DNA of 64,000 nucleotides from Chloroflexota bacterium (GTDB lineage Bacteria; Chloroflexota; UBA6077; JAJPHF01). The notes beneath the pieces are model-generated. The model made no database searches and was not told the origin of the DNA. It saw only the letters and a program-made list of their open reading frames with translations. The stretch spans positions 8,972 to 72,971 of the forward strand of contig DATGKN010000119.1 in NCBI GenBank assembly GCA_035294645.1, given 5' to 3'. Shown one piece after another: positions 19,234 through 28,737 of the stretch (the stretch's first letter is position 1; each line of letters opens with the position of its first letter). The position numbers were made by a program, and so were the translations under genes.

Positions 19234-20542
19234 GACTCCCGGCTTCAACCCTGACCGCCTCGCCGACACCAAGCGGCCCGAGCCGGTGGTGCCGCGGATT
19301 CTCGATGCCCCGGTGGCCTCGCAGGCCCGCGGGTTCACCGAGATCAAGATCGTGGGGGTGGGCGGCGGCGGCGGCAATGCCGTCAACCGTATGATCGAGG
19401 CCGACGTGCGCGGCGTCGAGTTCATCGCCGTCAACACCGATAGCCAGGCCCTGAGCCAATCGCTCGCGCTCCAGCGCCTCTGCATCGGGGCGCGTACCAC
19501 GCGCGGGCTCGGCGCGGGCGGCGACCCGCAGCAGGGCGAGCGGGCCGCCCTGGCCAGTGAGGCCGAGCTGCGCGAGCTGCTCGCCGACACGGACATGGTG
19601 TTCATCACCGCCGGCCTCGGCGGCGGTACGGGCACCGGTGCCGCCCCGGTGATCGCCGGCATCGCCCGTGAGCAGGGCGCGCTCACCGTGGCGGTAGTGA
19701 CCCTGCCGTTCAGCTTCGAGGGGGCGCGCCGCCGCCGGGTGGCCGACGCCGGCCTGCGCGCCCTGCGCGAGCGCGTGGACGCTATCATCGTGATCCCCAA
19801 CGACCGCCTGCTGCGGCTCAGCGACGGCCACCTGCCGATGGTCGAGGCGTTCCGGCTGGCCGACGACGTGCTGCGGCAGGGCGTGCAGGGCATCGCCGAC
19901 CTGATCACCTATACGGGGCTGATCAACCTCGACTTCGCCGATGTCAAGACGGTGATGGCCAACGCCGGCACGGCGCTGATGGCCGTCGGTGAGGCGCGGG
20001 GCGAGGCGCGGGCGCTCCAGGCGGCCCACGCGGCGATCAATAGCCCGCTGCTCGATGCCAGCATCGCGGGCGCGCGCGGCGTGCTGATCAACATCACCGG
20101 CGGCCCCGACCTGACCCTCACCGAGGTCAGCGAGGCGGCCAACGCCATCTACGAGGTCGTGGACCCCGGCGCCAACATCCTCATCGGCGCGGTGGTGCAC
20201 CCGCGCCCGCAGGCGGAGGTGCGGCTGACGCTGATCGCCACGGGGCTGCCCGACAGCGACAGCGGCGCCGGGCGGGAGGCGCGCGAGCGGCGCTGGCCTG
20301 GCGAGCGGGGCGGCTGGGAACGGCCTGCGCCACTCGACGAGGCCCGCGCGCACGACGACGCGTCCGACTGGGAGCGCGAGCCGCCGGAGCGCGAGGGGCG
20401 CCGCCCGCCGCCCGACGCCCCGCCGTGGGACTACCTCGTCTCGCGGCGGCACGATGACCCACCGCCAGCGCCGCCGCGCCGGCCGGAGCCCGCCGATCTC
20501 GACCTGCCGCCGTTCCTGCGCCGCCGCCGGCAGCGGCCGTAG
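19226..20542 (+). CDS. ftsZ: Cell division GTPase FtsZ (start uncertain)
   Basis: [17 protein letters not shown]...[18 protein letters not shown]. Conserved C-terminal peptide [10 protein letters not shown]. Candidate GTG start overlaps the parA stop (RBS GAGAGGTGG). Alternative ATG at 19166. Confidence 0.9.
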   Translation: MAETPGFNPDRLADTKRPEPVVPRILDAPVASQARGFTEIKIVGVGGGGGNAVNRMIEADVRGVEFIAVNTDSQALSQSLALQRLCIGARTTRGLGAGGDPQQGERAALASEAELRELLADTDMVFITAGLGGGTGTGAAPVIAGIAREQGALTVAVVTLPFSFEGARRRRVADAGLRALRERVDAIIVIPNDRLLRLSDGHLPMVEAFRLADDVLRQGVQGIADLITYTGLINLDFADVKTVMANAGTALMAVGEARGEARALQAAHAAINSPLLDASIAGARGVLINITGGPDLTLTEVSEAANAIYEVVDPGANILIGAVVHPRPQAEVRLTLIATGLPDSDSGAGREARERRWPGERGGWERPAPLDEARAHDDASDWEREPPEREGRRPPPDAPPWDYLVSRRHDDPPPAPPRRPEPADLDLPPFLRRRRQRP

Positions 20543-20543
20543 C

Positions 20544-21641
20544 TTAGTCGCCGAAGCAGATCCCCAAGGCGCGTGCGGTGCGCACCAGCTCGCCATCGAC
20601 GGGCACCCGTTTCTGCACGCCCACGGCCTCGGCCAGCGTGACGTCGACCACCGCCGTGCCGTGCAAAGCGACCATTCGCCCGAAGCCGCCGGCAGCGATC
20701 AACCGCGCGGCCGCCGCCCCGAAGCGCGTGGCCAAGTTGCGGTCGAACGCCGTGGGGCTCCCACCGCGCTGCAAGTGGCCGAGCACCACGGCGCGCGTCT
20801 CGATCCCGGTGCGCCGCTCGATCTCGCCCACTAGCCAGGGGCCGATGCCGCCCAACCGGGGCTGGGCCGCGGGATTGGACGACGGCTGATAGATGCGCTG
20901 GCCGCCGCGCGGCGCCGCGCCCTCGGCGACTACCACGATGCTCGAGTCGCGGCGCCGCTGGCTGCGCGCCTCCAGGGCCTGCGCCACGCGGTCGAGATCG
21001 AAGGGGAGCTCGGGGATCAGGATCACCGCCGCCGCACCGGCGAGGCCCGATTCGAGGGCGATCCAGCCGGCGTCGCGGCCCATTACCTCGACGATCATCA
21101 CGCGGTGGTGGCTCTCGGTGGTGGTGTGCAGGCGGTCGATCGCCTCGGTCGCGGTCTGCACCGCCGTGTGGTAGCCGAACGTCACATCAGTCGCCGAGAG
21201 GTCGTTATCGATCGTCTTGGGCACCCCCACCAGCGGCACGCCCAGGTCGGCGAACCGCTTGGCGATGTGCAGCGAGCCGTCGCCGCCGACCACGCACAGG
21301 GCATCGAGGCCCAGCAGCTCCAGCGAGTGCAGCACTTCGGCCGAGCGGTCGCGGTGGACCAGCTGGCCGCCTTCATAGCTCACGTAGTCGAAGGGGTTGC
21401 AGCGGTTGGTGGTGCCGAGGATCGTGCCTCCGAGGGGCAGGATGCCCTTGACGGCATCGAGGTCGAGCGGGCGCGCCCGGGGCGGATCGAGCAGCCCCTC
21501 ATAGCCATCGATGATCCCCAGCACCTGCCAGCCGTACTGGAGGACCGCCGTGCGGGTAAATGCCCGCAGCACGCCGTTGAGACCAGGGCAGTCACCGCCG
21601 CCGGTGAGGATGCCCACGCGCTGGATCATCCGGCTCGCCAC
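20544..21641 (-). CDS. pfkA: 6-phosphofructokinase (ATP- or PPi-dependent)
   Basis: RVGILTGGGDCPGLNGVLRA...VVGGDGSL...GVPKTIDNDL. Start at ATG 21629 or GTG 21641; AGGAGGGG lies 5 nt before the GTG. Confidence 0.88.
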   Translation of the reverse strand: MASRMIQRVGILTGGGDCPGLNGVLRAFTRTAVLQYGWQVLGIIDGYEGLLDPPRARPLDLDAVKGILPLGGTILGTTNRCNPFDYVSYEGGQLVHRDRSAEVLHSLELLGLDALCVVGGDGSLHIAKRFADLGVPLVGVPKTIDNDLSATDVTFGYHTAVQTATEAIDRLHTTTESHHRVMIVEVMGRDAGWIALESGLAGAAAVILIPELPFDLDRVAQALEARSQRRRDSSIVVVAEGAAPRGGQRIYQPSSNPAAQPRLGGIGPWLVGEIERRTGIETRAVVLGHLQRGGSPTAFDRNLATRFGAAAARLIAAGGFGRMVALHGTAVVDVTLAEAVGVQKRVPVDGELVRTARALGICFGD

Positions 21642-21693
21642 GTGCCCCTCCTGTTCGCGCCCGAACACATGCCGCCTACGCTACCCCTGGGCT

Positions 21694-21723
21694 ATTGTCC
21701 CGCCCGGCCGGCCGGGCGACAAT
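21694..21723. promoter_or_regulatory. Imperfect palindrome ATTGTC-CCGCCCGGCC|GGCCGGGCG-ACAAT in pfk/sir2 divergent intergenic region (possible operator)
   Basis: 30-nt inverted repeat with TTGTC/GACAA ends, 50-65 nt upstream of the pfk start. Confidence 0.3.
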
Positions 21724-21907
21724 CGCCTTGCCCCACGTCTGTGAGCCGCGTATCCTTCGAACTGCTCGCCCTTTGCCCTGCCGTCCTGAACGACGGGCCC
21801 GGCCGGGCGGCGGCGAATTACGCGGGGCACGCGTCGCGTAGGCGGGCTGCACGCGCTTTCCGCAGCGTGCGCCGGCTCAGCGCGCCGCCCAGGGGATCCG
21901 CAACGGT

Positions 21908-22672
21908 ATGGATGACGCCATCCGCGCGCTGGCCGCGCTGCTGCGCCCGGCCACCCGCATCCTGGTGTTCACCGGGGCGGGCATGAGCACCGAGTCGGGC
22001 ATTCCCGACTTCCGCAGCCCGGGCGGAATATGGGACCGCTACCCGATCGTGTACTTCGACGAGTTCCTGCGCGACGAGGAGGCGCGCAAGCGGTACTGGC
22101 GGCGCAGCCGCGAGACGTACCCGGTGCTGGCCCGCGCCGAGCCGAACCCGGCCCACTATGCTATCGCCGAGCTGGAGCGACGCGGCAAGGTGCTGGCGGT
22201 TGTCACCCAGAACATCGACGGCCTGCACGCGCGCGCCGGCACCACGCCCGACAAGCTGATCGAGCTGCACGGCAACAACCTCGCCGTGGTGTGCCTCGAC
22301 TGTGGCGCGCGCACGCCGCGCGAGGCGATCCAGGCGGAGCTGGTGGCGGGGGTCGAGGTACCCCGCTGCGCCCGCTGCGGCGGGCTGCTGAAGAACACCA
22401 CCGTCTCGTTCGGCGAGCCGCTGCCCGCCGAGGCGCTCCAGCGCGCGACACTGGCGGCCCTGACCTGCGACCTATGCCTGGTGATCGGCTCGTCGCTGGT
22501 AGTGTATCCGGCGGCCGACATCCCCGTGCTGGCCGCGCAGCAAGGAGCGCCACTGGCCATCATCAACACCACGCCCACGCCGCTGGATGCCACGGCCGAC
22601 CTGGTCCTCCACGCGCGGGCCGGGGAGGTGCTGCCAGCGGCGGTGGCCGCGCTGGATCAGGCCGCGGACTAA
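21908..22672 (+). CDS. cobB: NAD-dependent protein deacylase (Sir2/CobB family)
   Basis: VFTGAGMSTESGIPDFRSPGG; zinc-ribbon CLDCG...CARCGG. Confidence 0.88.
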   Translation: MDDAIRALAALLRPATRILVFTGAGMSTESGIPDFRSPGGIWDRYPIVYFDEFLRDEEARKRYWRRSRETYPVLARAEPNPAHYAIAELERRGKVLAVVTQNIDGLHARAGTTPDKLIELHGNNLAVVCLDCGARTPREAIQAELVAGVEVPRCARCGGLLKNTTVSFGEPLPAEALQRATLAALTCDLCLVIGSSLVVYPAADIPVLAAQQGAPLAIINTTPTPLDATADLVLHARAGEVLPAAVAALDQAAD

Positions 22673-23274
22673 TCGCCCCAGTAGCGCTCCTCCTTCCAGG
22701 GGTCGCCGCGCATGTGGTAGCCGTAGCTCTCCCAGAAGCCCGGGGCATCTTCCGCGCGGAACTCCAACCCGCGCACCCACTTGGCGCTCTTCCAGAAGTA
22801 CAGATGCGGCACTACCAGCCGCAGGGGCCCGCCGTGCTCGGGCGTTAGCTCCGCGCCGTCGTGCTTGTACGCGAACAGCACCTCGTCGCGGTCGAGGTCG
22901 GCCAGCGGCAGGTTGGTAGTGAAGCCCTGCTCGGCGTGGACCATCACGTAGCGCGCCTCCGGCAGGGGCTGGACGGCCTCCAGCACCCGGCGAGCCGGCA
23001 CGCCCTCGAAGGTATTGTCGAACTTGCTCCAGCGCGTGACGCAGTGGATGTCGCAGGTGACCGCTGTATGGCCCAGGGCGCGGAACTGGTCGTACGTCCA
23101 CTCCTGGGGCTGCGCGACTAGGCCCCACACGCGGAACCGCCAGCTGGGCAGGTGGACGCGTGGCACGTCGCCGTAGTGGAGAACGGGCCAGCCCTTGGTG
23201 AGGTACTGGCCGGGCGGCAGGCGGCCAGCCGGGGCCTCCGGACGGCGGCCCCTTGTGAAGAAGTCGAAGGCCAT
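22669..23274 (-). CDS. Sulfite-oxidase-family molybdopterin-binding oxidoreductase domain protein
   Basis: Oxidoreductase molybdopterin-binding fold (…CDIHCVTRWSKFDNTFEGVP…HGGPLRLVVPHLYFWKSAKWV…). Start at the internal ATG with GGAGA RBS. 3' end overlaps the convergent cobB. Confidence 0.75.
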   Translation of the reverse strand: MAFDFFTRGRRPEAPAGRLPPGQYLTKGWPVLHYGDVPRVHLPSWRFRVWGLVAQPQEWTYDQFRALGHTAVTCDIHCVTRWSKFDNTFEGVPARRVLEAVQPLPEARYVMVHAEQGFTTNLPLADLDRDEVLFAYKHDGAELTPEHGGPLRLVVPHLYFWKSAKWVRGLEFRAEDAPGFWESYGYHMRGDPWKEERYWGD

Positions 23275-23368
23275 CGCGGTCTCCTCGCCGGGCTCTCTCG
23301 GCCCTCTGCCTGCATTATAGGGAGCGCGCGGGGCCAGCCCGCCGGCGCTGCCGCACAGCACCGCGCGG

Positions 23369-25426
23369 CTAGGGGCTCGCGGCCGCGCCGCAGTCCAACA
23401 ACGTCAGCGCGCCGCCCACTCCACCAAAGCGCCGGCCGGGCAGGCGCGCCGGGCCATCGGCCGGGGCAACGTCCTCCCACTGCTCGCGCGGCACGCTCAT
23501 GCAGTGCGTGTACGCCCATTCCACCAGCGCCTGTTGGCGAGCCGGGCCGAAAGCCCACGGCCCGCCCGCTGGCTCGGTCGGGGCGGGAAACAGCGCGTAG
23601 CGCACCGCGCCAGCAGCTATGTGGGCGGCGAACTGCTCGGGGGTAAGGATCGGGTCGCTGCCGCTGAAGCCGCCCACGGCCATAACGGGCGCGCCGGTGG
23701 CTAGGATCAGCGGGGCGGCCGTGTTGGCGTTGAGGGTAGCGACCAGGAAGCGCGCCCCGTCGCGGTGCTGAGTGAGAAACTCGATCAGGCGGGCGGTGGC
23801 CGGCGCGCTCGCCCAGCCCGGCTGCCGCAGGACCTCTGGGCCGGCGATCGGCCGCGGGCTATCCCCGTGCCAGCCCGGCAGGGCGGCCCAGACACCAGGC
23901 GCGAGGAGCAGGGCCAGCACCCCCCCACCTAGCGCGCCGGCGGCTAGCCGTGCCCAGCGGCCGTGGCGCCAGGCCCGCCGGCGAGCGACTAGCAACGCGG
24001 CGGCGCTGCCGAGGCTCAGGGCCGCGCTGGGCGGCGCGAGCCAGGCACTCCACTCGGGGTAGTCGGCCAGCAGGCGGCCCTCGGCGAGCACCCCAGCGAG
24101 CAGCAACGGCGGCAATAGCCAGCCGAGCCACGCCCGGCCCCGATACGCCTGCCAGAGCGTGGCGAGCCCGATGGCCGCCACCGCCGCGACCGCGGGGCTA
24201 AGCATGACCAGGTAATACGGCTGGAACTGGCGGGTAGCGCTGAAGAAGCCCACCACGGTCAGGAGCCAGCCGCCCCAGAGCCACAGCGCCTGCCGCTGGC
24301 GCAGCGTGAGGTGCCCGCGCCAGGCCAGCCCGACGAGCAGCAGCAGGCTGAGCGCGGCGAGCGGTAGCAGCCAGCCGATTTGGCCGCCGAGTGGGCGGGC
24401 GAGCAGGCGCAGCGGCCCCGGTGCGCCGATGCCCCCCGGGCCCGCGAAGGCGGCCGCCGCGGCCTCGGGCGCACCGCTGGCAACAGGGCTGCGAGCCGCC
24501 GGGCGGTCCGCCGCTAGGCCGCCGGCCATGGCATCCGCGGGCCCGGCCCCGGGAAACAGGGGCTGGCCGGGCAGCACGCGACTGAGGCCGTTGTGCCAGA
24601 CGATCAACTCCAGAACCGAGTTGTGCGCCGTCGAGCCGACATACGGCCGCGCGGCCGCCGGGGTCAAGTCGACGGCCACGGCCCAGACGAGTGCCACGGC
24701 GCCCAGCACGCCGCTGGCGCACGCTAAATGCGCTATCCGTCGCCGCCAGGAGCCCGGCGCGGCGACCAGGTACGCCAGCCAGAACGCCGGCAGCACGAGT
24801 AACGCCTGGAGCATCTTGATGTTGAAGCCCAAGCCGAGCGTGCCAGCCGCCAGCAGGAGCCAGCGGAGCTGCCCGCGCTCGACGGCGCGGCCAAGCGCCC
24901 CGGCGGCGAGGAGCACGGCCAGCACCAGCAGGCTATCGATCGTGTTGTTGCGGTTCGTCGCGACGCTGATCGGCGTGAGCGCCAGGAACAGGGCGGCGAG
25001 CCCGCCGGCCAGCAGCCCATATGCGCGCCCCACGAGCGTGTACAGCACAGCCACCGCGAGCACCCCGGCTAGCGCCTGCGGCAACAGCAGGCTAAGCGCG
25101 CTGAACCCCAGCAGCCGGGCGCTCGCCGCCTGGAGCCAGAAGCCGAGCGGCGGCTTGTCCACGCTAACGAACCCGCCCGGGTCGAACGCCGCGTAGAACA
25201 GCGCGTGCCAGCCGCTGAGCATGCTGCGTACGGTGGCGGCGTAGTAGAGATTGCCGTAGCCGGCCTGGCCCAACCGAACCAGGTCGAGCGCTGCGGCGAG
25301 CAGGAGGCTCACGGCCCCCAGGGCGTGCGTGCGGCAAGCCAACAGCCCACGGGCGGCAGCGGCCGGCTGCCCGCGCCGCGCCCGCGCGGCGCGCAGGGAG
25401 TGGGGAAGGGCGAGCATGCGGCGCAC
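23369..25426 (-). CDS. Glycosyltransferase family 39 (ArnT/PMT-like) polytopic membrane protein
   Basis: N-terminal GT39 region (GYGNLYYAATVRSMLSGWHALFYAAFDPGGFVSVDKPPLGFWL...). About 10+ TM segments. Long C-terminal extension. Confidence 0.75.
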   Translation of the reverse strand: MRRMLALPHSLRAARARRGQPAAAARGLLACRTHALGAVSLLLAAALDLVRLGQAGYGNLYYAATVRSMLSGWHALFYAAFDPGGFVSVDKPPLGFWLQAASARLLGFSALSLLLPQALAGVLAVAVLYTLVGRAYGLLAGGLAALFLALTPISVATNRNNTIDSLLVLAVLLAAGALGRAVERGQLRWLLLAAGTLGLGFNIKMLQALLVLPAFWLAYLVAAPGSWRRRIAHLACASGVLGAVALVWAVAVDLTPAAARPYVGSTAHNSVLELIVWHNGLSRVLPGQPLFPGAGPADAMAGGLAADRPAARSPVASGAPEAAAAAFAGPGGIGAPGPLRLLARPLGGQIGWLLPLAALSLLLLVGLAWRGHLTLRQRQALWLWGGWLLTVVGFFSATRQFQPYYLVMLSPAVAAVAAIGLATLWQAYRGRAWLGWLLPPLLLAGVLAEGRLLADYPEWSAWLAPPSAALSLGSAAALLVARRRAWRHGRWARLAAGALGGGVLALLLAPGVWAALPGWHGDSPRPIAGPEVLRQPGWASAPATARLIEFLTQHRDGARFLVATLNANTAAPLILATGAPVMAVGGFSGSDPILTPEQFAAHIAAGAVRYALFPAPTEPAGGPWAFGPARQQALVEWAYTHCMSVPREQWEDVAPADGPARLPGRRFGGVGGALTLLDCGAAASP

Positions 25427-25558
25427 CTCGTGCGACGGTCTCTCGCCCTCTCAGAGTAGGCGCTGGGTGTTAATGGCGCGGGGAGGGACTGTTAACGCCG
25501 TGTGGGCCTGGCGCGGCCCGAGAACGCCCCCCGATTGCCGCAACGCGACGGCCGGGCC

Positions 25559-26248
25559 TCAGCGCCGGCGGAGGTCGTCGAGGAACAGGATGGTCTCCCG
25601 CCAAGCATCGGCGGCGGCCGCCGGCAGGTAGCCCGAGCCCTCCGGCAGCGTGAAGGCGTGGCTCGCCCCGCTGTAGATCTTCAGCGCGAACGGCTTACCG
25701 TGGCGCTGCAGCGCCTGCGCCATCTCGATCGCGTGCTCCAGTGGCGCGCGCGGGTCGCCCGCGCAGTGCAGCATCAGCAGCGGCGCCCGGATGCGCGCCG
25801 CCCCGTCGATCGCCGCCTGCGTCTCCTCCGGCGCGCGCTCTCGGGTGAGCGTACCGTGGTAGATCAGCCCGGCCCACGGCCAGTCCCAGCGCGCCAGGGC
25901 CAGGTACGCCACCCGGCCGCCGAAGCAGTAGCCGCCCACGGCGATGCGGTCGCCGTCCACGTACTCCTGCGTGCGCAGCCAGGCGGCGGCGTCGGCCACG
26001 TACTGGAGCACCTCCTCGGTGGACGGCGTGGCGACGCGCGACTGCCAGTCGATCGCCAGCCCGACGTAGCCCTCGTCGCCGAACCGCTCGGCGGCGCGGC
26101 GGTTGCCCGCCTCCAGCCCGTTGAGCCCGTGCACCAGGATCACGGCCGGGAACCGGCCGGGCATGGCCGGCCGCCCCAGGTGGCCCCGCACCGTCGCCTC
26201 GCCGCTGCGGAAGCTCACGCTCTCGCCGGTCAGAATGCCCCAGCCCAT
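25559..26248 (-). CDS. Dienelactone hydrolase family alpha/beta hydrolase
   Basis: AVILVHG...GYCFGG nucleophile elbow...catalytic His near C-terminus (SHAF). Confidence 0.8.
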   Translation of the reverse strand: MGWGILTGESVSFRSGEATVRGHLGRPAMPGRFPAVILVHGLNGLEAGNRRAAERFGDEGYVGLAIDWQSRVATPSTEEVLQYVADAAAWLRTQEYVDGDRIAVGGYCFGGRVAYLALARWDWPWAGLIYHGTLTRERAPEETQAAIDGAARIRAPLLMLHCAGDPRAPLEHAIEMAQALQRHGKPFALKIYSGASHAFTLPEGSGYLPAAAADAWRETILFLDDLRRR

Positions 26249-26260
26249 GCTACCTCCTCT

Positions 26261-27355
26261 CTACACGGTCGCCGCCTGGCAGGCCGGAATGACCTGCTCG
26301 GCGAACAGGCGCAATGATCGCAAGGCTTGTTCGGCGGTCAGGTTGCCGAAGGCGAAGGCGCCCGCGAAGTAGTTGGCGCCGGTGATCGCCAGCGCCTCCT
26401 GCACGCGCTGGCGCACGGTGGCCGGCGAGCCGACGTAGATGCCGCCGATGGCCACGAACTCGTCCCAGTCGCCGCGCCGGATGCGCGTGTCGTTGTGCAG
26501 CGTCCAGAGGTAGCCGAAGCTCTCCAGGAACTCCTTGTACGCTTCCTTCGCCTCGCGCTCGGCCTGGGCGTCGGTCTCGGCCACGTACACATGGCGGGCC
26601 AGCCCGTAGCATGGCTCGGCCACATGGCCGTTCAGCCGCTGCGGGTCGCCGGCGTGGGCGGCGCGCTGGGCGTGGTAGATGGCGAATTGCTCGCGCGTGG
26701 CCTCCAGCGACGGGAACAGCGAGCCGAACATCGTGCTGAAGTTGTGCTGGCCGATCCAGGGCACCGAGGTCGGGTAGTTGGTCGGGTACCACAGCGGGGG
26801 GTAGGGCCGCTGGCGCGGCTGGTGGACCAACCGCACGTCCTTGAACGTGAAGTAGCGGCCCTCGAAGTTCACCGCGCCGGTGGCGAGCCCCTGGAGGATC
26901 ACCGTGAGCGCCTCCTGGAAGATGGCGCGGCTCTCGTCGAGCGACACGTGGAAAGGGTCCATCTCGTACGGCGACACGCCGCGGCCCACCCCGGGCTCTA
27001 GTCGCCCCCCCGCGAGGTGATCGAGCATGGCGATCTCTTCCATCAGCCGCAGGGGGTGGTACAGCGGCAGGACATACACCATGGGGCCGAGCCGGATGCG
27101 GCGCGTACGCTGGGCCGCGGCGGCCAGGAACAGGTTGGGCGAGGGCGCCATGCACAGGGGCGTCCAGTGGTGCTCGGCGAGGTGGTAGTAGGCGTAGCCG
27201 AGCCGGTCGGCGGCCTCGATCAGCCGCAGGCGGTCCTCGTACAGCGTGCTGAGATCCACGCCCCGGCGCTGGTCCAGCCAGTCGAAGATACCGAAGCGCA
27301 CGCGTGGGCTGGCACGCTCCAGCATGGAGGCGCCGGGCTCGGTCGTTGCAGACAT
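26261..27355 (-). CDS. LLM-class (luciferase-like) flavin/F420-dependent oxidoreductase
   Basis: Luciferase-like TIM barrel: FGIFDWLD...YYHLAEHHWTPLCMAPSPNLFLAAAAQRTRRIRLGPMVYVLP. Confidence 0.8.
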   Translation of the reverse strand: MSATTEPGASMLERASPRVRFGIFDWLDQRRGVDLSTLYEDRLRLIEAADRLGYAYYHLAEHHWTPLCMAPSPNLFLAAAAQRTRRIRLGPMVYVLPLYHPLRLMEEIAMLDHLAGGRLEPGVGRGVSPYEMDPFHVSLDESRAIFQEALTVILQGLATGAVNFEGRYFTFKDVRLVHQPRQRPYPPLWYPTNYPTSVPWIGQHNFSTMFGSLFPSLEATREQFAIYHAQRAAHAGDPQRLNGHVAEPCYGLARHVYVAETDAQAEREAKEAYKEFLESFGYLWTLHNDTRIRRGDWDEFVAIGGIYVGSPATVRQRVQEALAITGANYFAGAFAFGNLTAEQALRSLRLFAEQVIPACQAATV

Positions 27356-27431
27356 GGCCGTGTTCCCTCCCTCCAGGGCCGCTGGCGGGAGTATAGAGGG
27401 CGCGGCGCGCGCTCGCCAGCAGCAGCGCCGA

Positions 27432-28661
27432 CTACAGCGCGCCGGCCTCGCGCAGCGCGGCGATCTCCGCGGGGCTGAAGCCCGCGGCGGTCAGGATCTC
27501 GTCGGTGTGCTCGCCCAGCCGCGGCGCCGGGCGGCGGATCGTGCCGGGCGTGCGCGAGAGGCGGAACGCCATGCCGGGCATCTGCACCGTGCCCGCCGTG
27601 GGGTGCTCGACTGTGGCGCGCAGGCCGAGGTGCAGGACCTGCGGGTCGGCGAACACTTGCGCCAGGTCGTAGATCGGGCCGCAGGGCACCTCGGCGCGCT
27701 CCAGCAGCGCGAGGGCCTCGGCCATGGTCAGCTCGCGCAGCCGCGGCGTGATCGCCGCGATCAGCGCCTCGCGGTTGGTCACCCGATCGGCGTTAGTGCG
27801 GAAGCGCGGATCGTCCTGGAGCGCCTCGAGGCCCAGCGCGCGGCAGAAGCGCACCCAGATGGCCTCGTTGGCCACCCCGACGTTGATGTAGCCATCGGCC
27901 GTGGGCAGCGCCTCGTAGGGGGCGATCAGCGGGTGGCGGTTGCCCACGCGCCGCGGCGGCTGGCCGGTGGCGAAGTAGGCGCCGGCCTGATGCGACAGCA
28001 GCGCGACCAGGCCCCCCAGCATCGAGGTGTCGATGACCTGCCCCTGGCCAGAGCGGGTGCGCTCGTACAGCGCGGCCACGGTGGCGAAGGCGGCGAACAT
28101 GCCCGCGGCCAAGTCCCCGATGGGGATGCCCGCCTTGAGGGGCCCGCTCTCCTCTGTGCCCGTCAGGCTCATGATGCCGCCGATGCCCTGGAGGATCTGG
28201 TCGTAGGCGGGCTGGTCGCGCCGCGGGCCGTCCTGCCCGAAGCCGCTGACGGCCGTGTAGATCAGGTGTGGGTTGAGCGCGAGCGCCTGCTCGGGGCTGA
28301 GCCCCAGTCGCGCGAGCGTGCCAGGCCGGAAGTTCTCCACGAGGATGTCGGCCTGCTGGACGAGCCGATAGAGCACCTCGCGGGCGGCGGGCACCTTGAG
28401 GTTGAGCGTCAGCGAGCGCTTGTTGCGGTTGACGGTCAGGAAATAGGCGCTCTCGCCAGCGATGAACGGGGGGCCCCAGCCGCGCGTCTCGTCGCCCCCG
28501 GGTGGCTCGACCTTGAGCACGTCCGCTCCCAGGTCGCCCAGCATGAGCGTGCAGTAGGGCCCCGCCAGGGCGCGGGTGAGGTCGAGCACGACGATGCCCG
28601 CTAGCGGCCCGCCGATCGGCTGGGGCATGGGGCGCGGCTGGGCGGTTGGCTGCACGATCAC
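27432..28661 (-). CDS. Family III CoA-transferase (CaiB/BaiF family)
   Basis: GIVVLDLTRALAGPYCTLMLGDLGADVLKVEPPGGDETR, canonical CaiB/BaiF N-terminus. Confidence 0.88.
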   Translation of the reverse strand: MIVQPTAQPRPMPQPIGGPLAGIVVLDLTRALAGPYCTLMLGDLGADVLKVEPPGGDETRGWGPPFIAGESAYFLTVNRNKRSLTLNLKVPAAREVLYRLVQQADILVENFRPGTLARLGLSPEQALALNPHLIYTAVSGFGQDGPRRDQPAYDQILQGIGGIMSLTGTEESGPLKAGIPIGDLAAGMFAAFATVAALYERTRSGQGQVIDTSMLGGLVALLSHQAGAYFATGQPPRRVGNRHPLIAPYEALPTADGYINVGVANEAIWVRFCRALGLEALQDDPRFRTNADRVTNREALIAAITPRLRELTMAEALALLERAEVPCGPIYDLAQVFADPQVLHLGLRATVEHPTAGTVQMPGMAFRLSRTPGTIRRPAPRLGEHTDEILTAAGFSPAEIAALREAGAL

Positions 28662-28737
28662 CTGTCCGAGCGGCCGGTAGGCCGGCCTATTTCGCTGGTA
28701 TAGCAGAGCCGGCCCTCGCGTGCCCAGCGCCCGCCGG

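Noticed and set aside
17385-19394. 669-aa plus-strand ORF overlapping the MtrA-like gene and parA
   Set aside because: It is in an alternate frame to two well-supported genes, is Arg/Gly/Pro-rich, and has no motifs. The same applies to 16594..18027, 19109..20596, 31106..32818, 57557..59245, 56721..58181, 49524..51119, 50347..51969 and other long track ORFs that sit in alternate or antisense frames of identified genes.
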